NCBI GenBank assembly: GCA_965202585.1
Contig: OZ241832.1
Span: 29,946,001-30,010,000 of the forward strand
From: Thalia democratica
Taxonomy: Eukaryota
Reading direction: 5' to 3'
DNA: 64,000 nucleotides
Position numbers and translations under genes: made by a program. Positions 1-14,883 of the stretch are shown piece after piece (positions within the stretch are counted from its first letter, which is position 1; each line of letters begins with the position of its first letter). A model generated the notes under the pieces. It ran no database searches, was not told the origin of the DNA, and worked only from the letters and a program-made list of their open reading frames with translations.

Positions 1-1092
1 AAGTTTTAATTTATTGTTTAATGTTTTCTTCGTAATATAACGGTGAAATAATTGTAAAAGTAGTATGGATAAGTATTCGGATTTGTTATTTCTAAGAAGT
101 CTTCTAGTATAGTCTATGTGTTTTCAATTAACTGTAATTTTTAGTCTGGTAATATTTTTTTTTATTCTCCAAATTTCAAAATGACAATTAATTATTTTAA
201 ATAGTTCTGAGCGTGAATTTTTGTTTAGGAAAGTCAGTTTGAAGTAATTTTTTTATTTATAGATGATCACTATAGTTATCAAAAACTAAATAATCGTTTA
301 ATTAACCTTTCAAACACTTTTAAAATTGTATATGAAAAAAAAAAGAAAACAGTAATAATATTTTCAATTTATGCCTTGATTGAAAGTTAATTTTGTGTTT
401 AATGAATTTAGTGTTTAGAAAAAACAGTTTCTGTTTAAGAAAAACAATAAAATCACTTTATTTATGCATTTAGATTTTATTTAAAGCATTTGGTAAGCTT
501 AACTACTACAATCAGTGTAGAATAAAAGAAAATTTGTTTTACGCATACAAATATTTATTAGCAGATTTTGTGTAACATAAAAAAGAATGAAAAACTGTTA
601 CGCTAAATTTTAAAAATATATTGTAATAATGTATAAAAAAGATGTTAAAATAATAAGAAAAGTACAGACATAACTTAATCTGAATAACTAGTTTATTATA
701 TTAAAATTTAAGAAATAAGAATTAGCTCGTACAACAAACTATTTTTTTAAAAGTCTGTTCATTTAAATAATGCACTATCACACGGCATAATTTGTATTAT
801 TTAATGGCAATATAAACTTTATATCTTGTTCACAGAAATTAATTAGTTAGATGATAATTAGTCATTTAATATTTAAGTCTATTACAAAACTCAATAAAGT
901 ATTATATAATTTAATTGAGCAACTTATTTTAATAAAAATGTACAAAGCTTAAGTTTTCTAAAACACTAGTAAGTTTAAATTACTTATGTGTTTAAATATC
1001 ATTTAAATAATACTGTTTTGTAACAAACGATGCTTTTTTTGTAGATATTTATTCACTGCTAACCTTGTAAACTTTTACACTATTCAAAAAAG

Positions 1093-2049
1093 ATGAACAA
1101 CTTCAAAGGAGATTTTCAAGTTGCTATCGCTTGGTTCCTGTTGATTTTATCAGCATATCAAGCAACAACGAGCTTAATCTACACGATCAAAATGCACAAG
1201 TCTTCAAAACGATTGGAAAACGTGCTGGTTTTACTGTGCAATATTTTCTCAATACCATGTACTGTCTCATACTTTATAGTCACAATGAATTACCAACGTG
1301 AAAACTCTTTGTTATTAAGTAGTAGTCTGTGTAAATCTTCTACATTCATTCTAAAATCAGTGGTTATTGCAAACAAATTTGTCTACACCTTGATATTAGC
1401 TTTTAGATACATGGTACTAAAACAAAATAAAGACGAAAACGAAAATTATGGTTTGATTGCCAGACGCGCTTTTAGATTAGTTGCTGGTGTTTTCGTTACT
1501 TTGTTGTTTCAAGCCTTATTTGACCACACATACACATCGCATATCAATGATGAACACTTTTACTCGCAAAATGACTTCAGCAAGCATCTGGCTTACAATT
1601 TAGTAACTGCAGGCTGCTTTTTCGTAGCAATTGTACTGCAAACTACTATTTTGGCCCTAACAATACGGCCAAGTGATGACCGATCAGAAAACAACCAAAA
1701 CAAACCAACTTTAAAGTTGCAGAAAAACTCAAGAAGAAACGTATTATGCACTTTAGTAATTTACTTAAACGACTTGGGACTTATTGCTGTACAGCTCATG
1801 ATAAATTTTGTTCAAATACCGATGACTGTTGTTTTGTTGACCAACGTAGTTCTATACTGCGTCACGTTGACATTTTCGTTCGAAGACTACAGAGCAAGAA
1901 CTTTTCCTTTCAAGTTATTAAAACCCGACAAAGCCTTTGAACGGCAAGTTGTTCAAACAATAACTGTGAAAGATCATATACTTTTAAAACCGGAAAGCTT
2001 CAAGTTAAAAGTACTTCACACATACAGAAAACCAAGTAAAAAATATTGA
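1093..2049 (+). CDS. Intronless orphan seven-transmembrane (class A GPCR-like) receptor, 318 aa
   Basis: The only long ORF in the window. It has seven hydrophobic segments (FQVAIAWFLLIL; NVLVLLCNIFSIP; FILKSVVIANKFVYTLILAFRY; LVAGVFVTLLFQALF; LVTAGCFFVAIVLQTTILAL; VLCTLVIYLNDLGLIAVQLM; IPMTVVLLTNVVLYCVTLTFSF). There is a Cys at the top of TM3 (SLCKS), a DRY-like FRY at the end of TM3 and a basic third intracellular loop. Confidence 0.75.
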   Translation: MNNFKGDFQVAIAWFLLILSAYQATTSLIYTIKMHKSSKRLENVLVLLCNIFSIPCTVSYFIVTMNYQRENSLLLSSSLCKSSTFILKSVVIANKFVYTLILAFRYMVLKQNKDENENYGLIARRAFRLVAGVFVTLLFQALFDHTYTSHINDEHFYSQNDFSKHLAYNLVTAGCFFVAIVLQTTILALTIRPSDDRSENNQNKPTLKLQKNSRRNVLCTLVIYLNDLGLIAVQLMINFVQIPMTVVLLTNVVLYCVTLTFSFEDYRARTFPFKLLKPDKAFERQVVQTITVKDHILLKPESFKLKVLHTYRKPSKKY

Positions 2050-5000
2050 AAAATTGTTACATGAATTCCAAGCTGTAAAAATATTTTGTACAATTAATCG
2101 TAGTTTAGTACAGGAGTCGGCAGTCTTTAATATTGTCATGCTTTTACAAACGTACTTTAAATTTTACGGTTTAAACATATTTTAAATAGTGAATTTTACG
2201 TGAACAAAACAAATATTTACGTAATTATAAATATTTTTTAGAACTATCTTTAAAAACCTAAAACGATTATTTAAAGCAAAAAATCTAGCATAAAACAGCT
2301 GTTTTAAATTTATGTGTGTCATTTTATATTTTTTATAATCGTTTTGTACAAGCAAACCATTCTAGAATAAACTATAACTTTGATAAAAAGTCATGACCAA
2401 TAATAAATCGTATTACTAAATTTAAAATATTTTCGGTTGTGTACTTTCATACTATTAATTGTAATGTTGAAAACAAGGTATAGTATCATAATAATACTTT
2501 TATAAAAAAATTAACATGTTTTGCTAGATCACAAGTATTTATCAAAGTCTAGTATTTCAAAAAGGAAAAATTTTTAAAGGGTTTTTTTTATGAAGTGTTA
2601 AGTTTTTTAGAAATTTTACAAATTTGATAAAGTTCGAAAATAACTTTCGAAAGATATACTTTACAAGATAACTTTTTATCATCAAATAGTTTTTCGATAG
2701 CTAAGTACCGTATATTGCTATTCATGTTTTTGTTTACTCAATCTGTTATGACCTTTTATTAAAAATTACAGTAAACAGAATAAAAATAAATTAACGGAGG
2801 TTGTTATTTTGTTATAAACTCACATAAAAGTATAAATAGTATCAATATATTTTAACTAAACTTTTGTTTAGTAGTTATACGAGTGTCTAAAATCAACAAA
2901 TTGTTAAGCAAGAAGCACTCTTTAAAAAGATAAGCAGTACATTTTATTGAAAGTAAAAACTTACTTTTGAAGTAAGAAACGTATAAATGTTACGTAACAT
3001 ATGAAAAAATAAATTTAAGGTTAATGTATAATGATATTTGTATTACATCAACGACAGAAATCTAACAACGCAACAAGTAGCAGTATACTATTTTAATCCT
3101 TACTTTTAAATAGATATAAGTTGAAAATATTTGTGAGAAGAGAATATTATTTTTAGAAATATAAATTATATTTGTAGTTGCAGTAACAACTGTTTAAAGC
3201 AAGTGCAATTTCTTACTTTACTTTGATAAAAACGAAAAACAAAATTTGATAATTTATAGTTTTTTATTTTTGAATCAAGTCATGGTGTTTTAAAGTAAAG
3301 TTGCTTTAAAATAGTTTGTCACTATTTATGTTGTTTTAAGTGAAAAAAATTGTTTCCTTTTTTTTAGTAAATATTAAAATGGTTAATACAAAATTTTTAT
3401 ACTCTTTTTTCAATACTTAAGGATTTAGAAATATGTTAAAATCAAAAATTTTAAGTAAATACATTAGTTTATGCTACTTAAACATAAATTCATATAAATT
3501 TGTTACTTAAAAATTATGTTAGTTACAGTGTAAATAATTATTACACTACTATCAAACAAATTAATTTAAAAATAGTTTTATCATACAAATACAATGGTGG
3601 TAACATAAAAAAATATTTTAAAACAAAGTATTATTTAAGTACAGTTGACTTAAATATTTTCAAATGCCTTTAATAAAGACTATTTTTTTAAGTAAGTCGA
3701 AATTATAAAGTGCTTTTACTTAAAAATTCGTCAGTCAATAATACTAATATTAAATAAAAGCTTTAAATGACCATGAAAAATAACGAAATGTTTTGTAAGC
3801 ATTTTGTTTATTTGCATTTAAATTGAAATTTAAAAATAATCAAGTGATTAATACGGTTTGACAAATAATCGGATATTTGTAACTTTAAATAGTTTTCCCT
3901 TCATATGATTAATTAATTAATTTTCCCGTAATTAACATATGGTAAACTATACTGTAAGAATTCTTTCTTTTAAATAACAAATATATTTATTTTAATTATT
4001 TGTACCCTTGCACGTCAAACAAACGTATAAAGTGTTTTTATTAATTGTTACTAAATAACTTACAGCTCTTAATTGACAGAACAGTTTATATGAAACACTA
4101 TTTACGATTCTTTCTATAAATTTTCCTTTAGCTAAAAAGTTAGTTGTTTTTTATTTTAATCGTGTAAGTGACTAGAATAATACTTTCTAGGGACCTTTTT
4201 ATTGTTGTTTCTATATATTAAAACAATAAAATAACACAATCTACTCTTAACAACTAAAACTAGTCAAAACAATTGAACATTATATTAAATTTGTTTTTAG
4301 CAAATATTTGTATAAGTAAATCATAGTAGGTATTTTTAATGTAGTTCACAAGATCTACTAAAATAGTGTATATACCAAAAATAATCAGTTAAATATAAGT
4401 AATCTACCATACTTTAAATTTTTATTGTGTTGCTAAAATCATTATATGACGTATATTTATACTTAAAAATATAGTTCGATTTTAAAGTGTAAATTTCATA
4501 ACTCCCAATACTTTATTGTTAAACGAAAAAAAAAAAAACTTTTTCACTTTTTGTTATTTTTTTTTTGAATGTGTTTCACATTAGTTGTCTGCTAAGAACT
4601 TACCAGTTATAAAACAATCAAAAGAAGGACAGCTAATATTGAAAAATACTTAGTTTAGCAAACTACTTTTCGCACAAACAGCTTGTCAGTTCGTAAAACA
4701 GTTCTGAAGCAATGCGTAAAGTTATGAAAAATAAATCGTTCACAGTGAAAAGAGTTGATACTAAAAGCATATAGCATTTTATAATATGCATACAAAGAGT
4801 TGTTATACTAAGACACAAGCTAAAGTCAAAACATCTGACATTTCATAAAGTTTTATATGTCAGATATTTTTTGTAAAAAGTTGTGTAAGACAAAAAATAT
4901 ATATTTAATTCATAAAACAAAATTTGAATTTTTTTAACTAGCTGATGCTTTTCAAAAATTTATTTTAAGAGGTTATTACATAATTTATTCTCTAATAGTA

Positions 5001-8000
5001 GAGTACTGAACATCAATCAAATAAAAGTATCCATAGTTTAAATAAAATTAAAGTTGATTATTTGAAAATTAAGTATAAGATAGATTTAAATAAATTTTTA
5101 TTTTTATTTTTATGAACTACAATTCTATAACTGTTTTTTATTGTAGTTTTGATATACTTTGTCGTAATAATTTTGTAAAATAATGTTATCGGAGTAATTT
5201 TATAAGTATTTAATTTCTCAACTTCTTCCACTTATTTAACTATCTCTCAAAACAAATAACTGTAAAACAAGCGTTTAGTAAAAAAATTTAAAAAAATATT
5301 ATATAATAATTTAAAAAGTTTTGATTAAAGATAAATATTTTTAAGTAGATATCTATTTGAAAAAGATTATCTTTAACAGAAATTAGTTGTAGAATTTAAA
5401 GCAAAATAGTTTTGCATATTTCTTTTGCAATTTTTTAAGTATAAATTCGAAAATAATTTATTCCGAATAAGAAAAATAAATCCAATACAAAAAATACTGT
5501 GCTGGAAGGAATAGGTATGAGGTAATTTTCAAATAACTTATATAATTTAAAAAAGTCAACTCTTTTAAAAACTTCAAATTCAACTGAGTAAGTGCTAAGT
5601 AACGTATATTTTATATATTTTGCAAAACATGAAGCTTGTAAATTATTGTTTTTCTGTATTTTTTTGAAAAAAAAAAAATTTGTAAACTTTTTATAATATA
5701 CACTGTTAGTGCTGTTGTAAGCTTTGTATTTTTCTTTAGTATCAATGTTATATGAAATACATCATAGTTATACTTTAATCGATAAAACAAGCACTATAAT
5801 AAACTATTATCTTAAAAGCGCTATGAATTTACTAGTTACTAATAACATAATTTTTTGTAGTTAAACAACTATTTGTAGTCATTGCAAAACAGTTATTCTT
5901 TTAAATTGAGTTGAAAATTTTTCTTATAAGCAAAAATATATATTAAATTTACATAACACCTTAACATACACTTCTGAGTAATGTTTTTTTTTGTTTTTAC
6001 ATCAAAGATTAGATTTCAACATAACAACAAGTAGCAGAAAACCGCATCGATCTTTACTTCTAAATTAAAAAACAAAATAAATGTCATGTAATTTTCTCTC
6101 TAATACTAAAAAAATACAAATTTTCAATAAAGTTTTTTCTTGTAAAGGTTTTTTTTTGCAATAACAAAAGAAAATAAAGTTTCTTGTATATCCTGTTATA
6201 AAAAACATTTAAAATATGGGCTTAAAACTAAACTTGTTCGAAAGGTCTTTATATTTTTTAACAAGAAATTCCTTGTTAGTTTAGAAGTTTTTTAGAGTTT
6301 AGCATGTTAATATAAAAATATTCAAACTTATTTTTACAAAAATATATATTTTGAAATAAAAGTATATGTTATAAGCCAATTGTCATATATAACTGTCTTA
6401 TTCATATAAAATATCAACAAGTTACTATATTTGATAAGTTTATTTTAACTCTTTTAAACTTAATATTGAAACTTTAAAGACTTAAAAAAGCTTGTATTAC
6501 TTTTCTTATTAATAGTATTTTTATATTAGACGATTGAAAGTAAAAATGCTAAAAGTATGATTTTTAAACACTTTATTGTATATTTTAAACCTTTTACCAT
6601 TTTAATACTTAGAATTCTTTAACGCTTTTATGAAAACTATATAAACACATACTTAAAAAAAATTCTGTTTAAAATTACTTATTTTAAACCAGTATGCCGT
6701 CGCATCTTATAAAGCTATTTTACACTTCTTTTTATTTCAAACTACATGTATTTAAAAAGTTAACCGACAAAGATTGTTTTTATAAGAAACGAGCAATAGA
6801 TTGATAACTCTATTTTTTGAGAAACTTTCTTTATGAAAAAAAATTGAAAAACGTTAGTTGAAGCCATATATATTATTAAAATGTTAGAATAGTTTAATTA
6901 AACGCTAGTGATAAATACAGCTGTAAACAAAGTTTAAGTCATACTAAAAGTTTGATTTCTTGAGAGAAAACGTATATAACTTATCTGTTAAAGCTTGCGT
7001 TTTGTGAAAAAAAGAGACCTTAAAGTTATAAAAAGTAACAAAAAGTCTTATAACATAGTTTAAATTTTCACAAAATATGTCAATTAAATTAATAAATAAT
7101 AGATAAATAAATTGAATACTTTTTAAATATACATACAATTAATATAAAACTTTAAAAAGCAAGTGTAAAATACATAAAATTTTTCTACCAAATCTTGTTT
7201 AACTTAAAGAACGATTTGAGTCTGCATGTATGTTGCCAGATCTTTAAACTTTTTAATCTAAAAGTTATTATCTATAAACGCATACACAACAACAATTGAA
7301 AAAATAGCTTAAGTAATACATAGATTAAACATTTATTTAGTTTGACATTTTCGAATTAGTTTCTTGAGTTAAAGAAGTTATTTTCCGGAAAATTTAACAA
7401 ATAAAATAATTCATAGTTTATTAATACTATTTATTAAAAAAATTTATTGGTAACTTCTAAAATTTAATCTTTAGCTTTCGTATTTAGTACTTTAAATCAA
7501 TAGCTTATATACGCTTACTTTTTATTAAATATGTACATCTATTATTTTAATTTAAGTAAAACATTATTTCAAGTTTTTTTGTGAGTAGCTTCGGACTGAA
7601 AGTCAGTTAATGAATGGTTATGTTTAAACTCATTTTTCTTAGATTTTCAGTTACTATCAAAAAACTTTTTAGTATTTTTTTAATTATTCTTATTTACAAA
7701 AAAACTAAAAATTAAGTAAGACTTTGTTTTAATTAATACAATTAACTAATACAAATTTGGTTGTTTTTTTTTTGGCAAAAGTTATATAATGAAAAATAAA
7801 TCAAGTAAATTTAGATAAAGTTCTCATTAACCACTCGATTTCTATACTGAAAAACTTAATCAAATAAATGGAGTGATTTTTAAATAAGTTTTCTTTTATT
7901 TAAATGTATTTGGTAAGCAGTTTATACTTTAGTATATAATTAAATTAAAAATATATCTTATTTATTTACTAAAGCTGTACATAACTTCAACAACTTTGAA

Positions 8001-11000
8001 TGAAATTAAGCAATTAAACTTAAACAATTATCTTTTATTTTGAACATTTATTTTTCTTATTAATGCAACTGTAAATTTGAAACAACTATACCTTTAACTT
8101 TACAGTATTATTTAGGGTTTAATAGAAATTTAAAGATAATAGAACTATACGTTTTAAAATATTTTTATACAATTGTAAACATTTTATATTTTAAAACATT
8201 TATTCAATTTTGGTAATTTAATGTAACTTTCGGTCCAATCTGTCTTCTTTCGTTTTCGAATTTTCGAAATCTCAAAAAGTAATTTTCTTCAGTTTTGGCA
8301 TGAATTATAGTTAACAAAATTAGTTTTATGTATAATTTTTATTTTTATCAAAACTAAGATGTTGTTTTTTGAGTTGAGACAAAAACTAAAAGTCGTTAAA
8401 TAACTAGTAATTCTTTTAAAAAACATTCAATTAGCTACAAAATGTACAAAACTTATAGAAATATGAAAAAGTAAGTTTCTAATTTCATTATTAGTATTTA
8501 ATGTCAACAGCATCTTTTTTAAATTAAAATCTTTTTTTTTTACTTTTTAAGATTTTAGACATTAATAAAATTTAAGAAGACAAACAATTTACGTAAGCTT
8601 CTTACATAAATTTCTTGTCTGTGTCTTTTCTGTAAAATAGATACTACATGCTGTATTGCTTAAAGTAAGTAGAAATTAAAAATTTAAAGTAAAAAAAGTT
8701 GTTTAAGTGTAAAAGTGGTTGTATAATAATTTTTTATAGATTATTTCTATTTTTGTTGAACAAAAAAAAAACGTTTTTATAGACTATCTTTTACGAGTTT
8801 AAAATTTCTAAAAGTTTAGCAATCATCAATGCTTACATAATTTTATTTTTGTTTTGGGTTCAGTATTCAAAAAAAAAAAAGATTTGGCATATAAAAACTC
8901 TTTATAATATCAAAAACATAATTACTAGTGTAGTTTAATGTTCATAATACGCAAATTAGAAATAAGAAAAACGTATTAAGAAGTATATTTTTTGAATAAA
9001 AACGTTAAAGAAACAGTATTAAATATATAGTATAAATAGTAGAGCTTAAATTTATAAAGTCTATTTTATTTTAACATTTTATCACTAAAACAATAATATT
9101 AAAAAGTAATTATAATGCAATATATTACAATAATAGTAACATTTACTTCTTAATACTAGCTAAAAACAATTTACAAAAAAATAGTTTTGAAAACACTTGT
9201 AAAAAAAAAGAAAAAAAGTAAATATGTATTAAGTAACAAATGGTGTATAATTATTTTATTCTAAAGCATTTTGGTCATAAAATCATTTACAACTTTAAAT
9301 TTTAATATTCTAAAAAATATAAAATGTTTTTATTAATAACCGTTAACACTTAAACTATATAGATATTTTTAATTAAAACAAGTTTTTATGGTTGAGATAC
9401 TGTTTTTACATTGGTGATGTCTCATACTACAGTTTTGTCTTATTTTTTAGTCATTTAAAATTATATTTTCGTTTAGTTTTATTTACTTTCATTTTTCTTT
9501 TTGCTTAACAGATTGTTTTATTACTAAAGATTTAAATATTTAAACGATAAAAAAACTATGTGTGATAGCTCGTAAGAAACTTTATAAGCATGTGGTGTAC
9601 GACTCAATAACCGAAAGGTTCCTTTGTACACCTGGTCCTAAGACCAAACTTTTTGAGCGCTTTTTTTTGTCGTTCAATAAATAATATACATAATTTTATT
9701 AAAATAGTGCATAGTTCATTAGTTCAAATTAAACTGTTTCCTTTATCAGTGGTTACAAAGTTCTCACCTATGCACATATTGTACATGCAGTTTTAAATAA
9801 AGATTTGACTTTATTAGTTTTATGTTATTAAATAATCTTGACCATGAAAACTTTAGGTATACAGGCTAACTAATTAAAAAAAGCATGTACCTATACTGTA
9901 TTATAATATTATAAAAAGCTAATTAGTAATACTTATTTAGAGTCTAAATCTAATTTTTTCAAACTTCATCAAAAAACTTCTTGAAATCATTATCAAAAAC
10001 TTGATGTTTTAAGTTTCTAGTTCATATTGCTATATTTAAAGTTAAAATAAGTTTTAGTAATAAAACTTCATGTTTTGTGAGTTTTATTAAAAGTAGAAAT
10101 CATAGGTAACCAGTTTAGTAGTATCATATTTCAAGTTTAAGTAATTCCTTTTATAATAGTGATTTTAATAAGTTTATACCTATGCAACTTTATTAATTTG
10201 CGCAGAAAAATAAGTAAGCTAGTTAAATAATGATGAAAATACCACTTTGATTAAATGAACTCTATTTTTATTTAGTTCTCCATAAGTTTAAATAATGAGT
10301 TAATTATAATCTACCATAGTACTAAAAAGCTCTTTTTTTGCTAACTGAAAAAATTGTCAAACATTTTCCACAAGTTAATAAACACTGCTAAATAATAATT
10401 TCAACTTGATTTTAAATATATGGTTTTAAGATAATACAGTTAAGAGCTTATTTTACACTTTAATGAACTTGTTAAAGTCTTAAAAGAGAGTATAAACAAA
10501 CAAACAAAGTATCTTATAATTTAACTGTTAAATAACAGTGTGTAACAAAATTAGGAGTCAACTGTAGTTAGACATAAGCTTAATTTCAATGTTTATTTAA
10601 CTTAATTATGGTTATTAAACTAAGAGTTTAAGTATAATGCTATAAATTATACCTACATGTTATAATATTTTAAACAAACTCTAATATATGTGGTATACTT
10701 AAGTCTAGCGATGCAAAATTACATGTCTAACAGCTACCTCGGATGTTAGTATTGTATTTTAGTTTTTTGTTTGTTTGTACTTTATTTGTTATATACTTAT
10801 ATTATGTTTGCATAATCGCATTCCGTATATTTCCTATGGTTTTATAAGTAACGGTTCGAAAATTATAAATTAATTAAAAAACTATTGTTACAAATTATAG
10901 TTATAGAAGATAAGGAATTTTTTGAACAGTTTTCAGTTTAAAACTGTTTTCTATGCAAAAACACTAATATCTGAAAAAAAAAGTAACATTTAAGTTTTAT

Positions 11001-14000
11001 TTATTATTTTTGTAATAATAAAATGTATTATACATGTTGTATATAAAAATACTATATACTAAAAATTAAAGAATTTTTAGTTAAGGTTTTTTTTTTAAAT
11101 TACAGGTATTAGGTTTTTCTGTGAAATTACTAAAATATATGTATAGATGTGAATGAAATAAAAGCTTGATTAAACTAATGCTTGATATAATAATAAAGTA
11201 TTAAAAATTTAGTACCCTTTTATATAAGTGTTTTTTACAGGGATTCACCTGTGCAGCCTTTTTATTTCTGCAGGAAAGATAAATAATGGTCAAAATTTCA
11301 GTTTAAACACAACTTTTTATTTAGTTATCAATAAGTTTAAACACAAGTTTCCTTACAAATCACAATAAAAAAAACATCTCCTTAATTGCAAGTTAGTAGA
11401 TATTTCTATATCATAATGTACGCTTAATTTCAAAATTAATACGTTGAATAGTCTAATTATAATTAATTATATAACATTTTAAATATTTTATCTATGACAT
11501 TATAAACATGTTCAGTTCTTAACAAAATTTAACTTTTAAGAGGGTTGTGTAATAAATATAGAAGTTAGTTGTAATTTACTATAATTTCATTTGTAACATT
11601 TACTTAGGCTAACTACGACCATTTAATTTATAGTGTTAGTAAGGCTTTTACTTGTTATATGTTTTATAAATGACTCTAGTTCTGTTGACACTCTATTACA
11701 TAAACTTTATTTATCTTTTTCAAACAAATTTTATAAGTTGTTTTATAGCTTTTACACGCCACAAAAGAGTATTCTCAAAAACAACTGTAGCTAATAGCAT
11801 TTAATAAATTTTAATTGTAGTTTAAAGTTTTATTATACTTATTTTCAGTTATATAAGCAATTATCACATAAACAAATTTAAAACAGTTTAAAACTATTTA
11901 AAGAAAGTGTTGTGATGGCAATTATGGATTTAAAATCTTAAGAAAAATTCAAGAAAGAGTGTTAAAAAATACAAAAATCAAGAATTGCATCGAAAACAAT
12001 TCTTTAAACTGTTTTAAGTTAAGCTTAATGTATTTATAGGATAGTTACTAAATGTAAAAAATTCCAGCTAGTAGTTATTAGACTTATTTTTTGGTTCCCA
12101 TATAGCTTGTATTGGGGTGGTTTTCATAAAATTAAACTCCGACAAGATAAACGTTTCTTCAAATCAGTTAAAATCTTACTATTTTTTTCACTTATTATGG
12201 TATTTGTCAAGTTGAAAAAAGATTTTACAACTAAAAACTCAAAGGTAGCTCTGTATTTGAAAACACCCTAGTAGCCGGTCCTCTAGATAATAACTTATGA
12301 ATTTCTTTAAGAGAGTACTTTGGTAGTTGTACAGTGTACAACAATAAGATCAAAGTGTAACAAAATTAAACAATATACTTTGAGCTGGTTCAAAAGCTTA
12401 TCAGAACTTGTATGTTATAATTATCAAATTTACTCACTAGAGTACTTTTAAACTTCTAGTTGATTTCTAAACAAATTTAAGTATTAAGAAAAATGTTAAG
12501 AATGTTTTATAACTTTTTTGTGACGGACAAGTGTATCTTAGACAATTTTTTTTTTCGTACCAAACGCCTTGTAACTTTATCTTCTATTTTATTTAGCAAA
12601 TACTATTAACTGACGGTCTCTGATTATAATTTTTATCAGTATAAAATTAAACCTACTGCATTTTTCTGTTTAGTATTATTTTAGAGTATCTTAGACAAGG
12701 TTTTCGAAACTTATATCTAAAAACACCGCATTGGCAAAAAAAAGCAATTACCTCTCTGATAAGGGACCGGTAGGAAAGTTTGATAACATCTAGGGTAAGG
12801 TTTTAGTCTTTTTGCCAATTTTTAATTACAACCTTTTTACTCTTCATTACAACCTATTGCAAGTTATACCTATTGAATACATATAGATTACCTATTGCAA
12901 GTTAGTCGCTGCCGCCTTACAACTTACCTCCCTTTACTATCCTATAAATATTCCAAATTTAAAATTAACTTAATTTTGGGTGTTATCTGAGATGTATTAA
13001 CGTAGTTATGTCCTTAGTTAAAAACTTTATGTTATTAAACTTATTTTTTTTTTTAATACCTAGTTTAACATATGGACAATTGTTCTGTTTATCTAACGGC
13101 CAGAACTCTAAAACATTTTTGTCCAGTTGACCTGATTTGGTAGATCAAAAATGAAAGCTATATTGTAAAAGTCACTTTTCTTGTAAAGTTAATAAGTTAA
13201 ATGATTTCCGTTATTTAAATAACCTGTTATTTTTTAATCTAATTTTATTATTCGCTGTTTATTAATTCAATGTAATAAACTAAATTGCACTAACACCAAC
13301 ATAAACTTTTGTGACACTCTGCGACCTAGTTTCGTCCTTATTAACCTAGTAACAAACTTTTATTACCTAAAACTATTTAATTTTAATAATTTAGCTATGC
13401 TTGGTTATGGTTTTATCTATTGTTATAAATATTATAACTTTTCCAATTATTCAGTTAAAAATCATAGTTTGAAAAAAATGATAAAAAATGTCATTCAAAG
13501 TATTTTAAGTGAAATAGTTTTTCCGTATAAATGATAGAAATTTTTACAATTTATGCGTTATACTTTTTAATTCAATAAAAATTCTATTTATTTTTTATAA
13601 CAGTTCATAAAGACTAATAAAACCGAATTAAACATATCTAATTAGAATTGTGTATAAAAAAATTTATTTTTAATACTTGTTACTAGTTAAGCATGTTTAA
13701 ATCTAGTTACTCTAAAAAAACATTTTTAATATATGAAAATAATTAGATTTTAACTAAATTAAAAGTCAGTTCAGTTTTTTAAATAAAAATCACTTAATGA
13801 CTGGGTATTTATAGCGAGACTAAAAGCTTGAATTTTTAGTATTTCACGAATTAGGTTAGCTACAAATCAGTTTTTATAACATTACAATCGAAAGAAAGTT
13901 TTATGAAGCTTTTAACAATTATTTTCACAAAAAAGACTCACAAATTCAATAAACAAGGTATATTTCACGCTTTAATTAGCTGTTTACAGGCCAAATATAA

Positions 14001-14639
14001 GAAACGATTTCAAAGTTTTATCAAAGTGACAAAAAAAATCATGAAGTTATTCAAAAGATGGATAATTAAACAAAAGTAAACATCAATTTATTATTTAGAA
14101 TAAATATAAACGATAATACAGTATTTATTCGTAAAAGCAAAAAAAAAAAAAGCAAAATTAAAGATTAATTACAGATGAAAAAGAAGTTAAAATTAACGTA
14201 ATGCGAATACCATTGGTAAAATTTTAAGCTTGTTGTAAAATATTTTGCTTATTTTCTAAATACTTTATATAATTTTTTTCAATATAATGTTAGACTTATG
14301 TGTAAACAACGGAATTGTTTTAAAATATACTTTCATAATAAAGTATTAATTAAAATGGGATGAAGGTAGTCTTCCTCTTTTGATTTTAAAGACCGGACAG
14401 GATTGAATTTTAGATAAACAAAAATAAAAAATGGTTAGAACCATCAACAAAAATCAGTCTCAGTCTTATACAAGTATATCTTAATAAATATACTTTTATG
14501 TATATATTAATAATGAAGATTTTGTACTTGTTTTACTGTAACATAAACACTTAAAACTGTGAAACTGCATATAAACTAATTTTATAGCAAATTATAAAAA
14601 ATACTGTTGACTTAAAATTATTTGACGCACCGCTTTAAA

Positions 14640-14883
14640 TTAACTCATCGACGCTACACTGCATGTGCAACCAACCGGAACGTTCAAAATGGTCGTTATC
14701 CAAATTTCACCGCCATCAGCGACGCTTCTTTTCTTCACTTCCTTGGGCACTGTCACCTGAAAAGAGTACCTCCTGTTGCCGTCTTTCACAAACGAGCCGA
14801 AGCCGTCCCTTTCAACGCAATTCCTGCAGTTGCAACAGGCCATCAGTATCCTGGCTGGAATCCTATCGTAGTCGTAGTCATAA
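14640..14883 (-). CDS. IL17-like: IL-17-like terminal exon (cystine-knot core)
   Basis: Acceptor TTTACAG at 14885-14884, phase 2. Encodes YDYDYDRIPARILMACCNCRNC...VPVGCTCSVASMS-TAA and contains ORF 14640..14843. Confidence 0.88.

Noticed and set aside
1746-1940. Small ORF inside the 7TM gene
   Set aside because: Alternative frame of the long ORF with no independent support.
2050-14600. Locally GC-richer patches (about 4650, 9600, 11230, 12250, 12730-12950, 13070) as exons or RNA genes
   Set aside because: No consistent open frames, splice chains or recognisable tRNA, snRNA or spliced-leader sequences could be supported by eye.
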